The translations under genes were made by a program, and so were the position numbers. From Defluviicoccus sp. (GTDB lineage Bacteria; Pseudomonadota; Alphaproteobacteria; MPNO01), in assembly GCA_022826125.1 (NCBI GenBank), contig JAJDVM010000319.1, positions 1,181 through 65,180 on the forward strand: 64,000 bases of DNA. The letters run 5' to 3'. Below, in pieces: positions 8,889-19,084 of the stretch. Position 1 is the stretch's first letter. Every line of letters starts with the position of its first letter. The notes beneath the pieces were generated by a model. It worked only from the letters and a program-made list of their open reading frames with translations. It was not told where the DNA came from and did not search any database.

Positions 8889-9893
8889 ATGAAGCTCGAC
8901 ATCTACAACCACATCTTTCCGGTCAAGTATTTCGAGCGGATGCAGGAGGTCATCCCCAACAAGGGGCCGATCAAGCGCTGGCTCAACATCCCCGTCCTGT
9001 ACGACGTCGAGGCGAGGCTGCGAATGATGGACGGGTTCGGCGAGTATCAGCAGATTCTGTCGAACTCGATGCCGCCCATCGAATTCATCGCCGGACCCGA
9101 CCGGACGCCGGAGCTCGCGCGGCTCGCCAACGACGGCATGGCGGAACTCTGCCAGCGCTACCCCGACCGTTTCCCGAGCTTCATCGCATCGTTGCCGATG
9201 AACAACATGGACGCGACGGTCAGAGAGATCGACCGTGCCGTCAATGAGCTCAACGCCTGCGGCGTGCAGATCTTCAGCCACGTCAACAACCGGCCGCTCG
9301 ACGAGCCCGAGTTCTACCCTCTGTTCGAGAAGATGGCTCAGCACGACCTGCCGATCTGGCTGCATCCCGCGCGTGCCGCCAACCATCCGGACTATCTGAC
9401 CGAAGAGAAGTCCAAGTACGAGATCTGGTGGACCTTCGGCTGGCCCTACGAGACCTCGGCCGCGATGGCCCGGATCGTTTTCTCGGGCATCTTCGACAAG
9501 CTGCCAGACATCAAGATCATCTCGCACCATCTGGGCGCGATGATCCCCTATTTCGAGGGCCGGGTCGGGCCGGGCTGGGACCAGCTTGGCACCCGGACGG
9601 CGGACGAGGACTACGAGGCGTTGCTGGCGTCGATGAAGAAGCGGCCGGTCGACTATTTCAAGATGTTCTACGCCGACACGGCTACTTTCGGCTCGGATGC
9701 CGCCACCGATTGCGGGCTCGCGTTCTTCGGCGTCGACAAGTGCCTGTTCGCGTCGGATTGCCCGTTCGATCCCGAGGGGGGACCGATGTATATCCGCGAG
9801 ACCATCCGCATCCTCGACAATCTCGGGGTCACCGACGCCGAGCGCGACGCGCTCTATCTCGACAACGCGAAGAAGCTCCTGAAGCTCAACTGA
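8889..9893 (+). CDS. Amidohydrolase-2 family protein (ACMSD/LigW-type decarboxylase/hydrolase fold)
   Basis: 334 aa. N-terminal LDIYNHIFP, mid WLHPAR, C-terminal LFASDCPFD Asp motif. Confidence 0.8.
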   Translation: MKLDIYNHIFPVKYFERMQEVIPNKGPIKRWLNIPVLYDVEARLRMMDGFGEYQQILSNSMPPIEFIAGPDRTPELARLANDGMAELCQRYPDRFPSFIASLPMNNMDATVREIDRAVNELNACGVQIFSHVNNRPLDEPEFYPLFEKMAQHDLPIWLHPARAANHPDYLTEEKSKYEIWWTFGWPYETSAAMARIVFSGIFDKLPDIKIISHHLGAMIPYFEGRVGPGWDQLGTRTADEDYEALLASMKKRPVDYFKMFYADTATFGSDAATDCGLAFFGVDKCLFASDCPFDPEGGPMYIRETIRILDNLGVTDAERDALYLDNAKKLLKLN

Positions 9894-9927
9894 AGGGCCG
9901 GCGCGGACCCGCCACGAGTCTTCGATT

Positions 9928-10845
9928 TTGGTCGGTCTCCTCGCCGATCCGGTCCGTCGGCGCGGGCTGATCGGGGTCGCGCTCGCGGTCGGCGCTACGC
10001 TTACCTTCACCGCGTCCACGGTGGGCGCGGTGTTCTCCTACGAAGGCGGCGGCGAGCCGCTTGCAGCCATCAGCTCGCGCTATATCGGAGCGATGCTGGT
10101 CTTCATACCGCTGCTCCACTTCTCCGGCATCGGCTTCGCCCTGCCGCGCCGCGAGCGCGCGATCTCGCTCGCCCTCGGGGCGCTCGCCGCGGTTCAGGCC
10201 TACTGCCTCTATAACTCCATTGCCCATATCGCGGTCGGCCTTACCTTCGCCATCTTCTACATATACCCGATCCTGGTCGCCCTGATCGCCATTGCCTTCC
10301 GGCAGGACCGCATCACGCCGGCGATCGTCGTCGGGCTGGTGGTCGCTTTCGCCGGGCTGATGCTGGTCTTCGACGTTTCCGGCGAGGAGTCCAATCTCTG
10401 GGGCTCCCTGCTTGCCATCGGCGCGGCGATATCGTGGTCCATCATTACGGTCGGCAGCAGCGGGGTCATGCGGACCCAGGACCCCCGCCTGTTCACGTTT
10501 TACCTGCAGCTTTCGGCGGGGGTGATTTATCTGGCGATCTGCCTGGTCGTGGGCGATGTCGACCTGCCCCGGACGGCCAAGGGCTGGGCCGGGCTGATCT
10601 CGCTGCCTTTGTTCTACGCCGTGTCCACGCTCGGCTTCTTCGGCGCCATCGCCATGATCGGCTCGATCCGCGCTGCGCTACTGATGAACCTGGAGCCCGT
10701 GTTCACCATCGCGGCGGGTTTCCTGATCCTCGGCCAGGTCCTCACGCCTCTCCAGCTCGCCGGGGCCGCGCTGGTGATCGGTGCCGTGCTCGCGGTCCGG
10801 ATCGACAAGGCGCGCCCGGCCCCGCAGGGCCCGGACCCGTCCTAG
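9928..10845 (+). CDS. DMT superfamily (EamA-like) transporter
   Basis: About 10 hydrophobic segments arranged as two EamA-like halves. The TTG start is uncertain. Its TAG stop overlaps the convergent crotonase stop in a shared CTAG. Confidence 0.75.
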   Translation: MVGLLADPVRRRGLIGVALAVGATLTFTASTVGAVFSYEGGGEPLAAISSRYIGAMLVFIPLLHFSGIGFALPRRERAISLALGALAAVQAYCLYNSIAHIAVGLTFAIFYIYPILVALIAIAFRQDRITPAIVVGLVVAFAGLMLVFDVSGEESNLWGSLLAIGAAISWSIITVGSSGVMRTQDPRLFTFYLQLSAGVIYLAICLVVGDVDLPRTAKGWAGLISLPLFYAVSTLGFFGAIAMIGSIRAALLMNLEPVFTIAAGFLILGQVLTPLQLAGAALVIGAVLAVRIDKARPAPQGPDPS

Positions 10846-11624
10846 TCGCGCTCGAACTTCGCTTCGCGCCTGTCCAGGAAGGCCTCCATGCCGGTGCGGG
10901 CATCGCCGCTGGTCTGGGTGAGCGCGGAGGCCACCGACTCGGTGAACAACCCTTCCTGCTTCGGCATGTCGGCAATGCGGCCGATCGCGCCGAGCACCAT
11001 CGCGTTTACCATCGGCGCGTTGTCCGCGATGGTCTCCGCGAGCTCGACAGCCTTGTCGAACGCTTCCCCCTCTTCCACCAGGTAGTGAGAGAGGCCGAGC
11101 GCCTGACCTTCCTCGGCGGAGACGCGCCGCCCGGTCAGCATCATCTCGGTGGTGCGGCCGGCGCCGATGATGCGGGTTACGCGCACCGTCGCCCCGCCGC
11201 CCACGAAGATGCCGCGCCGTCCTTCGGGAAGCTGGTAAATCGCGCTCGGCTCGGCGACGCGAACATGTGTGGCCGAAGCGATTTCGAGTCCGCCGCCCAT
11301 CACCGCGCCCTTCATCGCGGTGATCACGGGAAGCCCGCCGAGTTCCACCATGTCGAGCGTCCGGTGCCAGTAGCGCGAGGTTTCGAAGGATTCGACCGGG
11401 TCGCGTTCCTTGTGCTCCGACAGATCGAGTCCGGCGCAGAAATGCCGGCCTTCGCCGCACAGCACCACCGCGCGGGCTTCGCTCGGAGGAGACTGGAAGA
11501 AACGGTTCAGAGCCTCGATCAGCCGGGTGTTGACCGCGTTTCCTTTCTCGGGCCGATCGAGCGTGAGAATCGCCACCCGCTCCTGCAATTCGAACCGCAG
11601 GACGTCGCTTTCGAACTTCGCCAC
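10842..11624 (-). CDS. Enoyl-CoA hydratase/isomerase (crotonase) family protein
   Basis: LTLDRPEKGNAVN, oxyanion-hole region HFCAGLDLSEH, MGGGLEIA. GTG start. Confidence 0.88.
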   Translation of the reverse strand: MAKFESDVLRFELQERVAILTLDRPEKGNAVNTRLIEALNRFFQSPPSEARAVVLCGEGRHFCAGLDLSEHKERDPVESFETSRYWHRTLDMVELGGLPVITAMKGAVMGGGLEIASATHVRVAEPSAIYQLPEGRRGIFVGGGATVRVTRIIGAGRTTEMMLTGRRVSAEEGQALGLSHYLVEEGEAFDKAVELAETIADNAPMVNAMVLGAIGRIADMPKQEGLFTESVASALTQTSGDARTGMEAFLDRREAKFERD

Positions 11625-11715
11625 CCTGGAATTGACCCCGCTGCTGTTTCGCGCCAGCTATAGGGGTCGGGGCTGGCGGTGTAAACTGACAGCACCAGGG
11701 GTCAGGGGGACAGGT

Positions 11716-12477
11716 ATGGATATCGCGGGCATTTCGGCTTTGGTCACCGGCGGCGCTTCCGGACTCGGCGCGGCGAGCGCGCGCCGTCTCGCCGATCTGG
11801 GGGCGAAGGTCGGAATCGTCGACCTCAACGGCGAAGGCGCGCAAGCGGTCGGCGCCGAAATCGGCGGAGCCGGTGTCGGCTGCGACGTCACCAGCCCGGA
11901 CGCGGTGGAAGTGGCGCTTGCCGAGATTTCCGATGCCGTGGGCGTGCCCCGGGTCGTGGTGAACTGTGCCGGCATCGGTGTCGCGGGGCGCATCGTCGGG
12001 CGCGGCGGACCGATGCCGCTCGGGGACTTCACCCGCGTGGTCGAAATCAACCTGTTCGGCAGCTTCAACGTGATGAGGCTCGCCGTCGCCGCGATGTCCG
12101 GTCTCGATCCGACCGAAACCGGCGAGCGCGGCGTCGTCATCAACACCGCCTCGGTCGCCGCCTATGACGGGCAGATCGGCCAGGCGGCCTATGCCGCCTC
12201 GAAGGGAGCCATCGCCTCGATGACGCTGCCCGCGGCGCGTGAATTCGCCCGTATGGGCGTGCGCGTGATGACCATCGCGCCGGGCATCCTTTTGACGCCG
12301 ATGTTCGACGGCGTGCCCGAGGCCGCGCGCGAGGGCTTGCTTTCGATCACCCAGTTCCCGCCCAGGCTGGGCGCGCCGGAGGAATACGCCCAGCTGGTTC
12401 AGCAAATCGTGGAAAACCCCCTGCTCAACGGCGAGACGATTCGTCTCGACGGCGCGGTCCGTTTGCCGCCGAGATAG
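11716..12477 (+). CDS. SDR family oxidoreductase, type-2 3-hydroxyacyl-CoA dehydrogenase-like
   Basis: ATG 11716 behind GGGGGACAGG. Motifs TGGASGLG, NCAGI and YAASKGAI. Confidence 0.88.
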   Translation: MDIAGISALVTGGASGLGAASARRLADLGAKVGIVDLNGEGAQAVGAEIGGAGVGCDVTSPDAVEVALAEISDAVGVPRVVVNCAGIGVAGRIVGRGGPMPLGDFTRVVEINLFGSFNVMRLAVAAMSGLDPTETGERGVVINTASVAAYDGQIGQAAYAASKGAIASMTLPAAREFARMGVRVMTIAPGILLTPMFDGVPEAAREGLLSITQFPPRLGAPEEYAQLVQQIVENPLLNGETIRLDGAVRLPPR

Positions 12478-12491
12478 GAAGGGAGACCGAG

Positions 12492-12938
12492 ATGGCGAAG
12501 ACCCGGAAAAAGGCCCGCGTGATGGGCATCAACCACGTCGTACTCGAAGTCGACGATCTGGACGAGGCGTTGGCGTTCTACGGGGCCATTTTCGAGTTCG
12601 AGCTGCGTGGGCGCGGCGAGACCAACGCCTTCATCGACATGGGCGACCAGTTCATCCAGCTGACCTTGCAGAAAGGCGGCTCGCCCGACGTGAAGCGCCA
12701 CTTCGGGCTGGTCGTGGACGACCGCAGCACGGTGCGCGCGGCGCTTGAGGAACTCGGCGCCGAGATGATCGGCGCCCGCCTCAATTTCCGCGATCCTTGG
12801 GGCAACCGGGTCGAGGTCGTGCCCTACGACGACATCCAGTTCACCAAGGCCGAGCCGGTCCTCCGGGGCATGGGCCTCGACAGCCTGGAAAAGACGCCCT
12901 CGGCGAAGGAGGAGCTGGCGAAGAAAGGTTTGGCGTAG
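12492..12938 (+). CDS. VOC (glyoxalase/bleomycin-resistance/dioxygenase) family protein
   Basis: 148 aa. INHVVLEVDDLDEALAFYGAIFEFEL beta-alpha-beta-beta-beta module. GGGAG SD. Confidence 0.75.
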   Translation: MAKTRKKARVMGINHVVLEVDDLDEALAFYGAIFEFELRGRGETNAFIDMGDQFIQLTLQKGGSPDVKRHFGLVVDDRSTVRAALEELGAEMIGARLNFRDPWGNRVEVVPYDDIQFTKAEPVLRGMGLDSLEKTPSAKEELAKKGLA

Positions 12939-12947
12939 CGGACTGCC

Positions 12948-14006
12948 TTACAGCTCCCGCACATGCGGCAGGATCTCCTTCCCGAAGATCTCCAGCGAGA
13001 GTATGATTTCTTCCTGAGGCAGGGAGCCGAAATCGACCAGCATGCCGATCTGGGTGATGCCGATGTCCGCCAGCACCTTTATCCGCTCGATCGCCTGATC
13101 CGGCCCGCCCATCAGGACCCGCCCCGGAAAATACGACTCGAAGGTGAACTTGCGCTGCCCGGCATCGCGCTGTTCGTAGCCCTTGTAGGCGACCGGATCG
13201 GCGGGACGGCGGGTGGCTTCGAGCCCGGCGGTCGCATACTCGCTCATCGCCGTATGCACGGCCGCTTCCAATCTTGCGTCATCGTCCTCCGCACGAAAAT
13301 GGGCGTGGTAGACGCAACAGATTTCGTGGTCCTCGATCCTGCGGCCCGACCGCGTTAGCGCATCGCGGTACCAGCCGATGCGCTCGACAGCGATGTCGTG
13401 GTCGACGTGGTAGGCGACGTAGAGAAGGTTGTGACCCTCCCTTGCGGTCCATTCGAAGCTTTCGGGCGACAGCAGGCAGGCGACCCAGATCGGCGGGTGG
13501 GGCTTCTGATAGACGGGCGGAAGAATTGGAAGGCCGGTCATGGGAGGCCGAAACCCGCCCTCGAACTCCAGCGTCGGTTCGGACCACGCCTTGCGGATCA
13601 GGGCCACGCCCTCCTCGACCCGCTCCCGACTCTCCTTCATCGGCACGCCGAAGGCATCGAACTCGTCGCGAATGAAGCCGCGTCCGACGCCGAAGTCGAA
13701 GCGTCCCTTGGAGAGCTGGTCGAGCGCGGCGGCCTGTTCCGCCACCCGCACGGGGTCGTTCAGCGGCAGGATCGTTGCCCCGGTGCCGAGCCGGATTCGC
13801 TCCGTCCGCCCCGCGAGATAGGAGAGGAACGCGTAGTTCGCCGGCAGCAAACCGCCGTGCCGGACGAAATGGTGCTCCACCATCCACGCGTAATCGATTC
13901 CGATCCGGTCAGCGTAGACGACCTGCTCGACCATGTTGTGGTAATGAGTATGGGCGTCGCGGGTCTCGGGGAGATATGTCGGCAGGTAGAACAGGCCGAA
14001 TTTCAT
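12948..14006 (-). CDS. LLM-class flavin-dependent oxidoreductase (luciferase-like monooxygenase)
   Basis: 352 aa. MKFGLFYLP...YAWMVEHHF...RLGTGATILPLNDPVRVAEQAA...GRFDFGVGRGF is the classical LLM pattern. GGAGAAG SD. Confidence 0.88.
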   Translation of the reverse strand: MKFGLFYLPTYLPETRDAHTHYHNMVEQVVYADRIGIDYAWMVEHHFVRHGGLLPANYAFLSYLAGRTERIRLGTGATILPLNDPVRVAEQAAALDQLSKGRFDFGVGRGFIRDEFDAFGVPMKESRERVEEGVALIRKAWSEPTLEFEGGFRPPMTGLPILPPVYQKPHPPIWVACLLSPESFEWTAREGHNLLYVAYHVDHDIAVERIGWYRDALTRSGRRIEDHEICCVYHAHFRAEDDDARLEAAVHTAMSEYATAGLEATRRPADPVAYKGYEQRDAGQRKFTFESYFPGRVLMGGPDQAIERIKVLADIGITQIGMLVDFGSLPQEEIILSLEIFGKEILPHVREL

Positions 14007-14107
14007 CTACGGCTTCTCCGGGCAGGTAAACGCGGCGTCCGGACAGTTTGATGCGGCCGGGTCCGGGGGCGCAAGCGGCCCGGCGCGATGCAGGAAGGAA
14101 ACGGACG

Positions 14108-14557
14108 ATGGCCGAAGACGAACTGTTGAGGCGGGCCTTCGGGGCCGCGCGCCGGGCGGCGGCGAACGGCAATCCGCCCTTCGGGTCGGTGCTGGTGAAC
14201 GCCGCGGGCGAGATCGTCCTCGAAGCCGAGAACGACATGCTCTCCACCGGCGACGTGACCGGCCATGCCGAGATCAACCTGGTTCGCGACGCGTGCCGGA
14301 AGTTCGGCCCGGCGCTCGGCGGCTACACGCTCTATACGAGCTGCGAGCCGTGCGCGATGTGCGCGGTCGCCGCTTACTGGTCCGGGCTCGACCGTATCGT
14401 ATTCGGGCTTTCGCACCCGAGGCTGGTTGAGATCCGGGGCGAAGGCGGCCCGCCAATGATGAACCTCCGTTGCCACGAGGTCGCCGGGCGCGGCGAGCGT
14501 GAGATGGCGGTCACCGGCCCGATGCTGGAGGACGAGGCGGCGGCGCTCTTCGGCTGA
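14108..14557 (+). CDS. CDA-fold zinc nucleoside/nucleotide (guanine/tRNA-adenosine-type) deaminase
   Basis: GHAEINLV and CEPCAMC zinc motifs. ATG 14108 behind GGAAGGAAA. The track ORF starts 20 codons earlier. Confidence 0.82.
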   Translation: MAEDELLRRAFGAARRAAANGNPPFGSVLVNAAGEIVLEAENDMLSTGDVTGHAEINLVRDACRKFGPALGGYTLYTSCEPCAMCAVAAYWSGLDRIVFGLSHPRLVEIRGEGGPPMMNLRCHEVAGRGEREMAVTGPMLEDEAAALFG

Positions 14558-14568
14558 TCCGGAACGCC

Positions 14569-15588
14569 TTACCCGTCGCCCGGATGGATCCCGTATTCGC
14601 CGGTTTCCATCAGCCGGGCGACCGAGCGGCCGGCGTCAGTCATCGAGAGGTTCCCGCGGGTCTCCAGAAGCCACGCCTGGTAGGGCTCGGCCACGTCCTC
14701 CTCGGCGCCGTGATGGGCGATGCCCTTCGGCGTCCAGGCGACCGTACCCGGCACGGTCATCCCGCCATAGGCGCCGGGCCCGCCGGCATAGACGATGATC
14801 TCGTCGTAATCCGCGTTGCAGTGGATCGGGGGGCGGTCGCTCCGCCGCGAGCCGAGGTGGTAGAAGAGGCATTGCCCGGTCGCGTCGTCGATCAGCCGGC
14901 CGGGCGAAATGCCGCCGGAGGCGATACCCAGCCCTCTCGCGCTCCCGATCCTGAAGCGGCGAACCTGCGGCGTCCCGCGCCCGACCTGCCCGCCCAGCGG
15001 GTCGAACCCGTGGAAATAGGATGTCGTCCCGCCGGGATGGCGGACCACGACCTCGTATTCGCCCGGCGCCCCGTCCTCGAACGGCACCGGTTCGTGCACG
15101 TCCCGCGCGACATTGAGCACCGCGCGAGGGTCCGGGTCGATCGCAAGCGCGCCTTCGCACGCCGCGATCAGCGCCATGACCGGTTCCCCGATTTCCACAT
15201 AGCGCCACGCCACCGCGCGGGGAAGCAGGACGAAATCGCCATGTCCGATGTCGAGGGCGCCGAAATCGGTCTCAAGCCGCGCTCGGCCCGACACGATGTA
15301 GTGCACCTCATCGGCCGCGACGTTGCGCATGGCGAAGCCCATCGCGGCCTCGTATCGCGACGCCTCGAGCGTAATGCCGGCGCCACGCAGGATCGCAATC
15401 GGCATAGGCCTGCCCGCGGCTGGGAAAAGGCCCGCAATGTCGAAGCGGCGCGGCGCGTAGTCGCCTTCGACCCGCGAATAGGCCGGCGAATATCCGGTAC
15501 GCACGATGTTGCTCCGCGCGCCCGTAAAGCCCTCGCGGGTGTAGTTGTAGAGATGCGGGGCGCGTTTCGCTCCGGAGTCTCCGTCCAT
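14569..15588 (-). CDS. Homogentisate 1,2-dioxygenase-like cupin dioxygenase (short form)
   Basis: 339 aa from ATG 15586-15588 (GGAGAGG SD). The C-terminal half has an HgmA-like His/Glu/His pattern (PPIHCNADYDEIIVY ... KGIAHHG). Confidence 0.65.
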   Translation of the reverse strand: MDGDSGAKRAPHLYNYTREGFTGARSNIVRTGYSPAYSRVEGDYAPRRFDIAGLFPAAGRPMPIAILRGAGITLEASRYEAAMGFAMRNVAADEVHYIVSGRARLETDFGALDIGHGDFVLLPRAVAWRYVEIGEPVMALIAACEGALAIDPDPRAVLNVARDVHEPVPFEDGAPGEYEVVVRHPGGTTSYFHGFDPLGGQVGRGTPQVRRFRIGSARGLGIASGGISPGRLIDDATGQCLFYHLGSRRSDRPPIHCNADYDEIIVYAGGPGAYGGMTVPGTVAWTPKGIAHHGAEEDVAEPYQAWLLETRGNLSMTDAGRSVARLMETGEYGIHPGDG

Positions 15589-15617
15589 CGTCCTCTCCCG
15601 GCAGTAGCCTTCGCGAA

Positions 15618-16634
15618 TCAGGGAGCGGCGCCGTTCTCCGCCGAGAGCAGCCCGTCGACCACCTGGCGGGCGAGGATCGTGCCGCCGTCGATCCCGACGT
15701 CGACCGTGCGCACGCCGCTGATATCGGATTCGATCGAGACCTGCTGCGCTTCCAGGATCGCGCGGTCTTCCTCGAAGATGTCGCAGACGACCCGATGCCA
15801 CCATTCGCCGAATTCGCCGTCGGTGCGTCGGAAGTTGCGCGAAACCGCCCAGAAATAGTTGGTCGTGCTCTCGGTCTCCGGCGTCAGGCAGTCGAGGACG
15901 AAAAACCGCACGCCCGCGTTCGGGTCGTTGTTGCCGGGCGGCACCGCCCGCACCTCGACATGCACGTAGCAGGGCGGCTGGAAATGGACCAGCTGGTAGC
16001 GGTCGATATTAGCGTCGCTCCCGGCGGCCGCCGCGAAGAAAGGAGGCGGCGGGATGTCGCGCATGATGCGGTCGACGAACACCTCGTTCCCCTCCCGGCG
16101 CGACTCGATCGGGGTTTCCGCGACCGCTTCGTTGCCGATGCTGGAGGTATGCACATAGGTCTCGTGCGACAGGTCGATCAGGTTGTCGACCAGAAGCTGG
16201 TAGTGCGCCCTGACATTGAGGCGGTCGCGGAACGGCACCCAACCGTCCTCCTCAAGCCCGGGCATGAGGGGCAGGAGCGCGGTGTCGGCATTCTCCGGCT
16301 TCCCCATCCAGATCCAGACCCAGCCGTATTTCTCGACCGCCGGATAGGACCGCACGGCGGCACGGCGGGGCACCCGGTCCTGCCCGGGCACGGCGACGCA
16401 CTTGCCGTCCGCGTCGTATGTAAAGCCGTGATAGCCGCAGACCAGCCGGTCTCCCACCAACCGCCCTTTGGACAACGGAAGGCGGCGGTGGATGCAACGA
16501 TCGGCGAGCGCGCGCGGCGCGCCGTCCTCGCTGCGGAAAAAGACGATGGGCTCGTTGCATACCGACCGCGCGGTCGGCGTGCGGCCGATTTCCGAGGCCG
16601 TGGCGGCGACGTACCAAGCCTCCTTGACGAACAT
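15618..16634 (-). CDS. Rieske [2Fe-2S] aromatic-ring oxygenase component (VanA/phthalate-family type)
   Basis: Rieske CIHRRLPL...CGYHGF. Mononuclear iron motif DNLIDLSHETYVH. Start moved to ATG 16632-16634 (MFVKEAWYVA) behind GGAGAGGGAG. Confidence 0.88.
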   Translation of the reverse strand: MFVKEAWYVAATASEIGRTPTARSVCNEPIVFFRSEDGAPRALADRCIHRRLPLSKGRLVGDRLVCGYHGFTYDADGKCVAVPGQDRVPRRAAVRSYPAVEKYGWVWIWMGKPENADTALLPLMPGLEEDGWVPFRDRLNVRAHYQLLVDNLIDLSHETYVHTSSIGNEAVAETPIESRREGNEVFVDRIMRDIPPPPFFAAAAGSDANIDRYQLVHFQPPCYVHVEVRAVPPGNNDPNAGVRFFVLDCLTPETESTTNYFWAVSRNFRRTDGEFGEWWHRVVCDIFEEDRAILEAQQVSIESDISGVRTVDVGIDGGTILARQVVDGLLSAENGAAP

Positions 16635-16677
16635 GCGATGCTCCCTCTCCGAGATGCCCATGGTGGCATCGGGAGGG

Positions 16678-17475
16678 CTAGGCGTCGACCACCCAGCGTG
16701 CTTTGCGGCGTTCCAGGAACGCTCCGATACCCTCCTGCGCCGCGTCCGACATACGGGTCTTCACGTTCCAGCCGAGCCCGGTCTCGTACAGCGCCCGATC
16801 CGGCCCGTAGCCGAGATCGGCGACCAGGGCCTTGGTGCCGGCAATCGCTTCCGGCGACGCGGCGAGCGCCAGGCGGCAATGCGCCTCCACCCGGGCATCG
16901 AGATCGGCGCCGTCCTCGGCCACCTCGTGTATCAGGCCCGCCCGCGCCGCGATTTCGGTGCCGAAAACGACCGCGCCGGTCGCAAGATAGCGGAACCAGC
17001 CGGCGCCGATCTTGGGCAGCAGGAAACCGGCGATGATTCCGGGGGCAAGGCCGATCCGCACCTCAGACAGGCAGAATTTCGTGTCCGTCTCTGCGATTGC
17101 GACGTCGCAGCACGCGACCAGGCCGAGCGCCCCCGCCATCGCCGCGCCGTGCAGCCGGCCTATGATCGTCTTGGGGCAGTTCGCCACGGCTATGTATACC
17201 TGTTGCAGCCGCGCCGAATCGCGAGCTACCTCCTCCTCGGTCGCGCCCTCCGTATCGCGCATCCAGTTGAGGTCGCCGCCGGCGCAGAACACCGTCCCGT
17301 TGCCACGGAGGACGATCGCCCGAACGGCCTCGTCGCCGCCGAGACGCTCCAGGGCGGCGAGCAGCTCGTCCATCATTTCCGGGTTTATCGCATTGCGCCG
17401 GTCGGGGCGGTTCAGCGCGACGGTCGCGATCCCGCGCGGATCGATCTCCACATCGATGGTCTCGTGCAGCTCCAC
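16678..17475 (-). CDS. Enoyl-CoA hydratase/isomerase (crotonase) family protein
   Basis: LNRPDRRNAI, VFCAGGDLNWM, GAAMAGALGLV. Confidence 0.85.
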   Translation of the reverse strand: MELHETIDVEIDPRGIATVALNRPDRRNAINPEMMDELLAALERLGGDEAVRAIVLRGNGTVFCAGGDLNWMRDTEGATEEEVARDSARLQQVYIAVANCPKTIIGRLHGAAMAGALGLVACCDVAIAETDTKFCLSEVRIGLAPGIIAGFLLPKIGAGWFRYLATGAVVFGTEIAARAGLIHEVAEDGADLDARVEAHCRLALAASPEAIAGTKALVADLGYGPDRALYETGLGWNVKTRMSDAAQEGIGAFLERRKARWVVDA

Positions 17476-17490
17476 TGTGCGCTCCCGCGT

Positions 17491-19062
17491 TCAGCCGGGG
17501 ATCCGGAGACGCCCCTTGATCACCTTCCGGGTCGGGGTGAGTGGCATCTCGTCCACCAGGATGAGGCGCTCAGGCCATTTGAGCCTGGCGATCCCTTCGG
17601 CCTCCAGCCACGCGGCGAGATCGCCGAGCGACGGCTCGGCGCCGTCGCGGGCGATCGCGAAACAGCACGATCTCTCGCCCAGCACACGGTCCGGCATCGG
17701 AACGATCGCCGACTGGACGATGTCGGGATGGCGGTCGATCGCCTCCTCCACGTCGGCCGGGTTGATCTTGATTCCGCCCCGGTTGATCAGGTCCTTCTCG
17801 CGGCCGGTGATGGAGACGGCGCCGATGTCGTCGATCACCGCCCGGTCGCCCGTCCGGAACCAGCCGTCGTCGGTGAACGCCGCCGCGTTGGCCTCGTCGT
17901 TCCTGTGGTAGCCGTCGAACACGGATGCGCCGCGGATCTGGAGCTCGCCTTCTTCTCCTGTCGGTAGAGGTTCGCCCCCGGCGCCGCACACCCGGGCTTC
18001 GTTCCCCGGGCTCGGACGCCCGCAGCCCCACGCAGCCTGTTCGATCGACTCGTAGGGCCGGGTGAACATGCCGCACTGGCACTCCGTCATTCCCCAGAGC
18101 TGCGCGACGCGGCCGTTCTCGAAGACCTCCTGCGCCCTCCTGTAGAACGAGGGCGCGGCCTTGGCGCCCGAGACGACGCAATAGTGGACCGGAGCGAGCG
18201 TTTCGCCGTCGAGCAGACCCGCCTCCAGGCACGAGGCGATATGGGCGGGCGCGGCGAAGATGTGACTTGGCCGGAAGCTCCGGACCGCCTCGACCAGCGC
18301 GGGCGGGCTGAACGCCGGCAGCAGGGCCGTCGCGCCGCCCCCGTAGAGCGTGAGGTGGAAGGAGTAAAGCCCGAACAGGTGGGTAAACGGTGCGGCCGAC
18401 AGCATGATCGAACCCGGTCCCATCTGCTTTTCGCTGCAATTGAGACGGGCGTTGGCGAGGAACCGGCGATAGTCGGTCAGGACCGCCTTGGGGCTCGACG
18501 AGGTGCCCGAGGTGAAGAGCATGACATAGGGATCGCCGGCGGCGGGCGGCGAGGGCAGCGGGACGCCCGGCCGCGCGACATCGTCGAAAGCCAGCGCCCC
18601 GTCGGGTATTTCGCCGCCGACCGCGACGACATGCGCGAGCGACGGTAGGTCCCCTCGGAGCTTCACGAGTTCTTCCGCCGGTCGCCGCTCGCCCGCGGTC
18701 GCCACCGCGAACACCGCTTTGGCGCCGGCGTGGCGGATCGCATCGGCGGCCTCGCGCGGTCCGTAAGGCATGTGAATGGTGCTGGTCACCGCCCCGATAC
18801 GGGAAGCGGCGAGGATCGTGTAGAGGAAGGCTGGCAGGTTGGGGAGCTGGACCGCTATCGCGTCTCCCCGACCGATGCCGAGCGCGACGAGACCCCCGGC
18901 CAGCGCGTCGATCCTCTCGGACAGCGTCCGGTAATCGACGGTTTCATCGGCGGTCAGGATCGCCGGACGGTCGCCGCGGTCCCGGACGCAGCGGTCGAGC
19001 AGGGCGGTCAGCGTGTCGTCGGTCCAGAATTCGGACCCGGCAGCAATGCTGGTCTGCGGCAT
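17491..19062 (-). CDS. AMP-dependent acyl-CoA synthetase/ligase (ANL superfamily)
   Basis: Complete ANL motif set: FTSGTSSSPKAV (P-loop), WGMTE, WFRTGDRAV, GREKDLINRGGIKI, PTRKVIKG. The ATG at 19060-19062 is preferred; a TTG lies at 19071. The start is 13-22 nt downstream of the tRNA-Glu 3' end. Confidence 0.9.
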   Translation of the reverse strand: MPQTSIAAGSEFWTDDTLTALLDRCVRDRGDRPAILTADETVDYRTLSERIDALAGGLVALGIGRGDAIAVQLPNLPAFLYTILAASRIGAVTSTIHMPYGPREAADAIRHAGAKAVFAVATAGERRPAEELVKLRGDLPSLAHVVAVGGEIPDGALAFDDVARPGVPLPSPPAAGDPYVMLFTSGTSSSPKAVLTDYRRFLANARLNCSEKQMGPGSIMLSAAPFTHLFGLYSFHLTLYGGGATALLPAFSPPALVEAVRSFRPSHIFAAPAHIASCLEAGLLDGETLAPVHYCVVSGAKAAPSFYRRAQEVFENGRVAQLWGMTECQCGMFTRPYESIEQAAWGCGRPSPGNEARVCGAGGEPLPTGEEGELQIRGASVFDGYHRNDEANAAAFTDDGWFRTGDRAVIDDIGAVSITGREKDLINRGGIKINPADVEEAIDRHPDIVQSAIVPMPDRVLGERSCCFAIARDGAEPSLGDLAAWLEAEGIARLKWPERLILVDEMPLTPTRKVIKGRLRIPG

Positions 19063-19084
19063 GTCGGGCAACCGGGAAGGAGTG

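Noticed and set aside
10842-10845. Convergent DMT and crotonase genes sharing a CTAG in which both stop codons overlap.
   Set aside because: This is a real but trivial 4-nt convergent overlap, with no evidence of functional significance.
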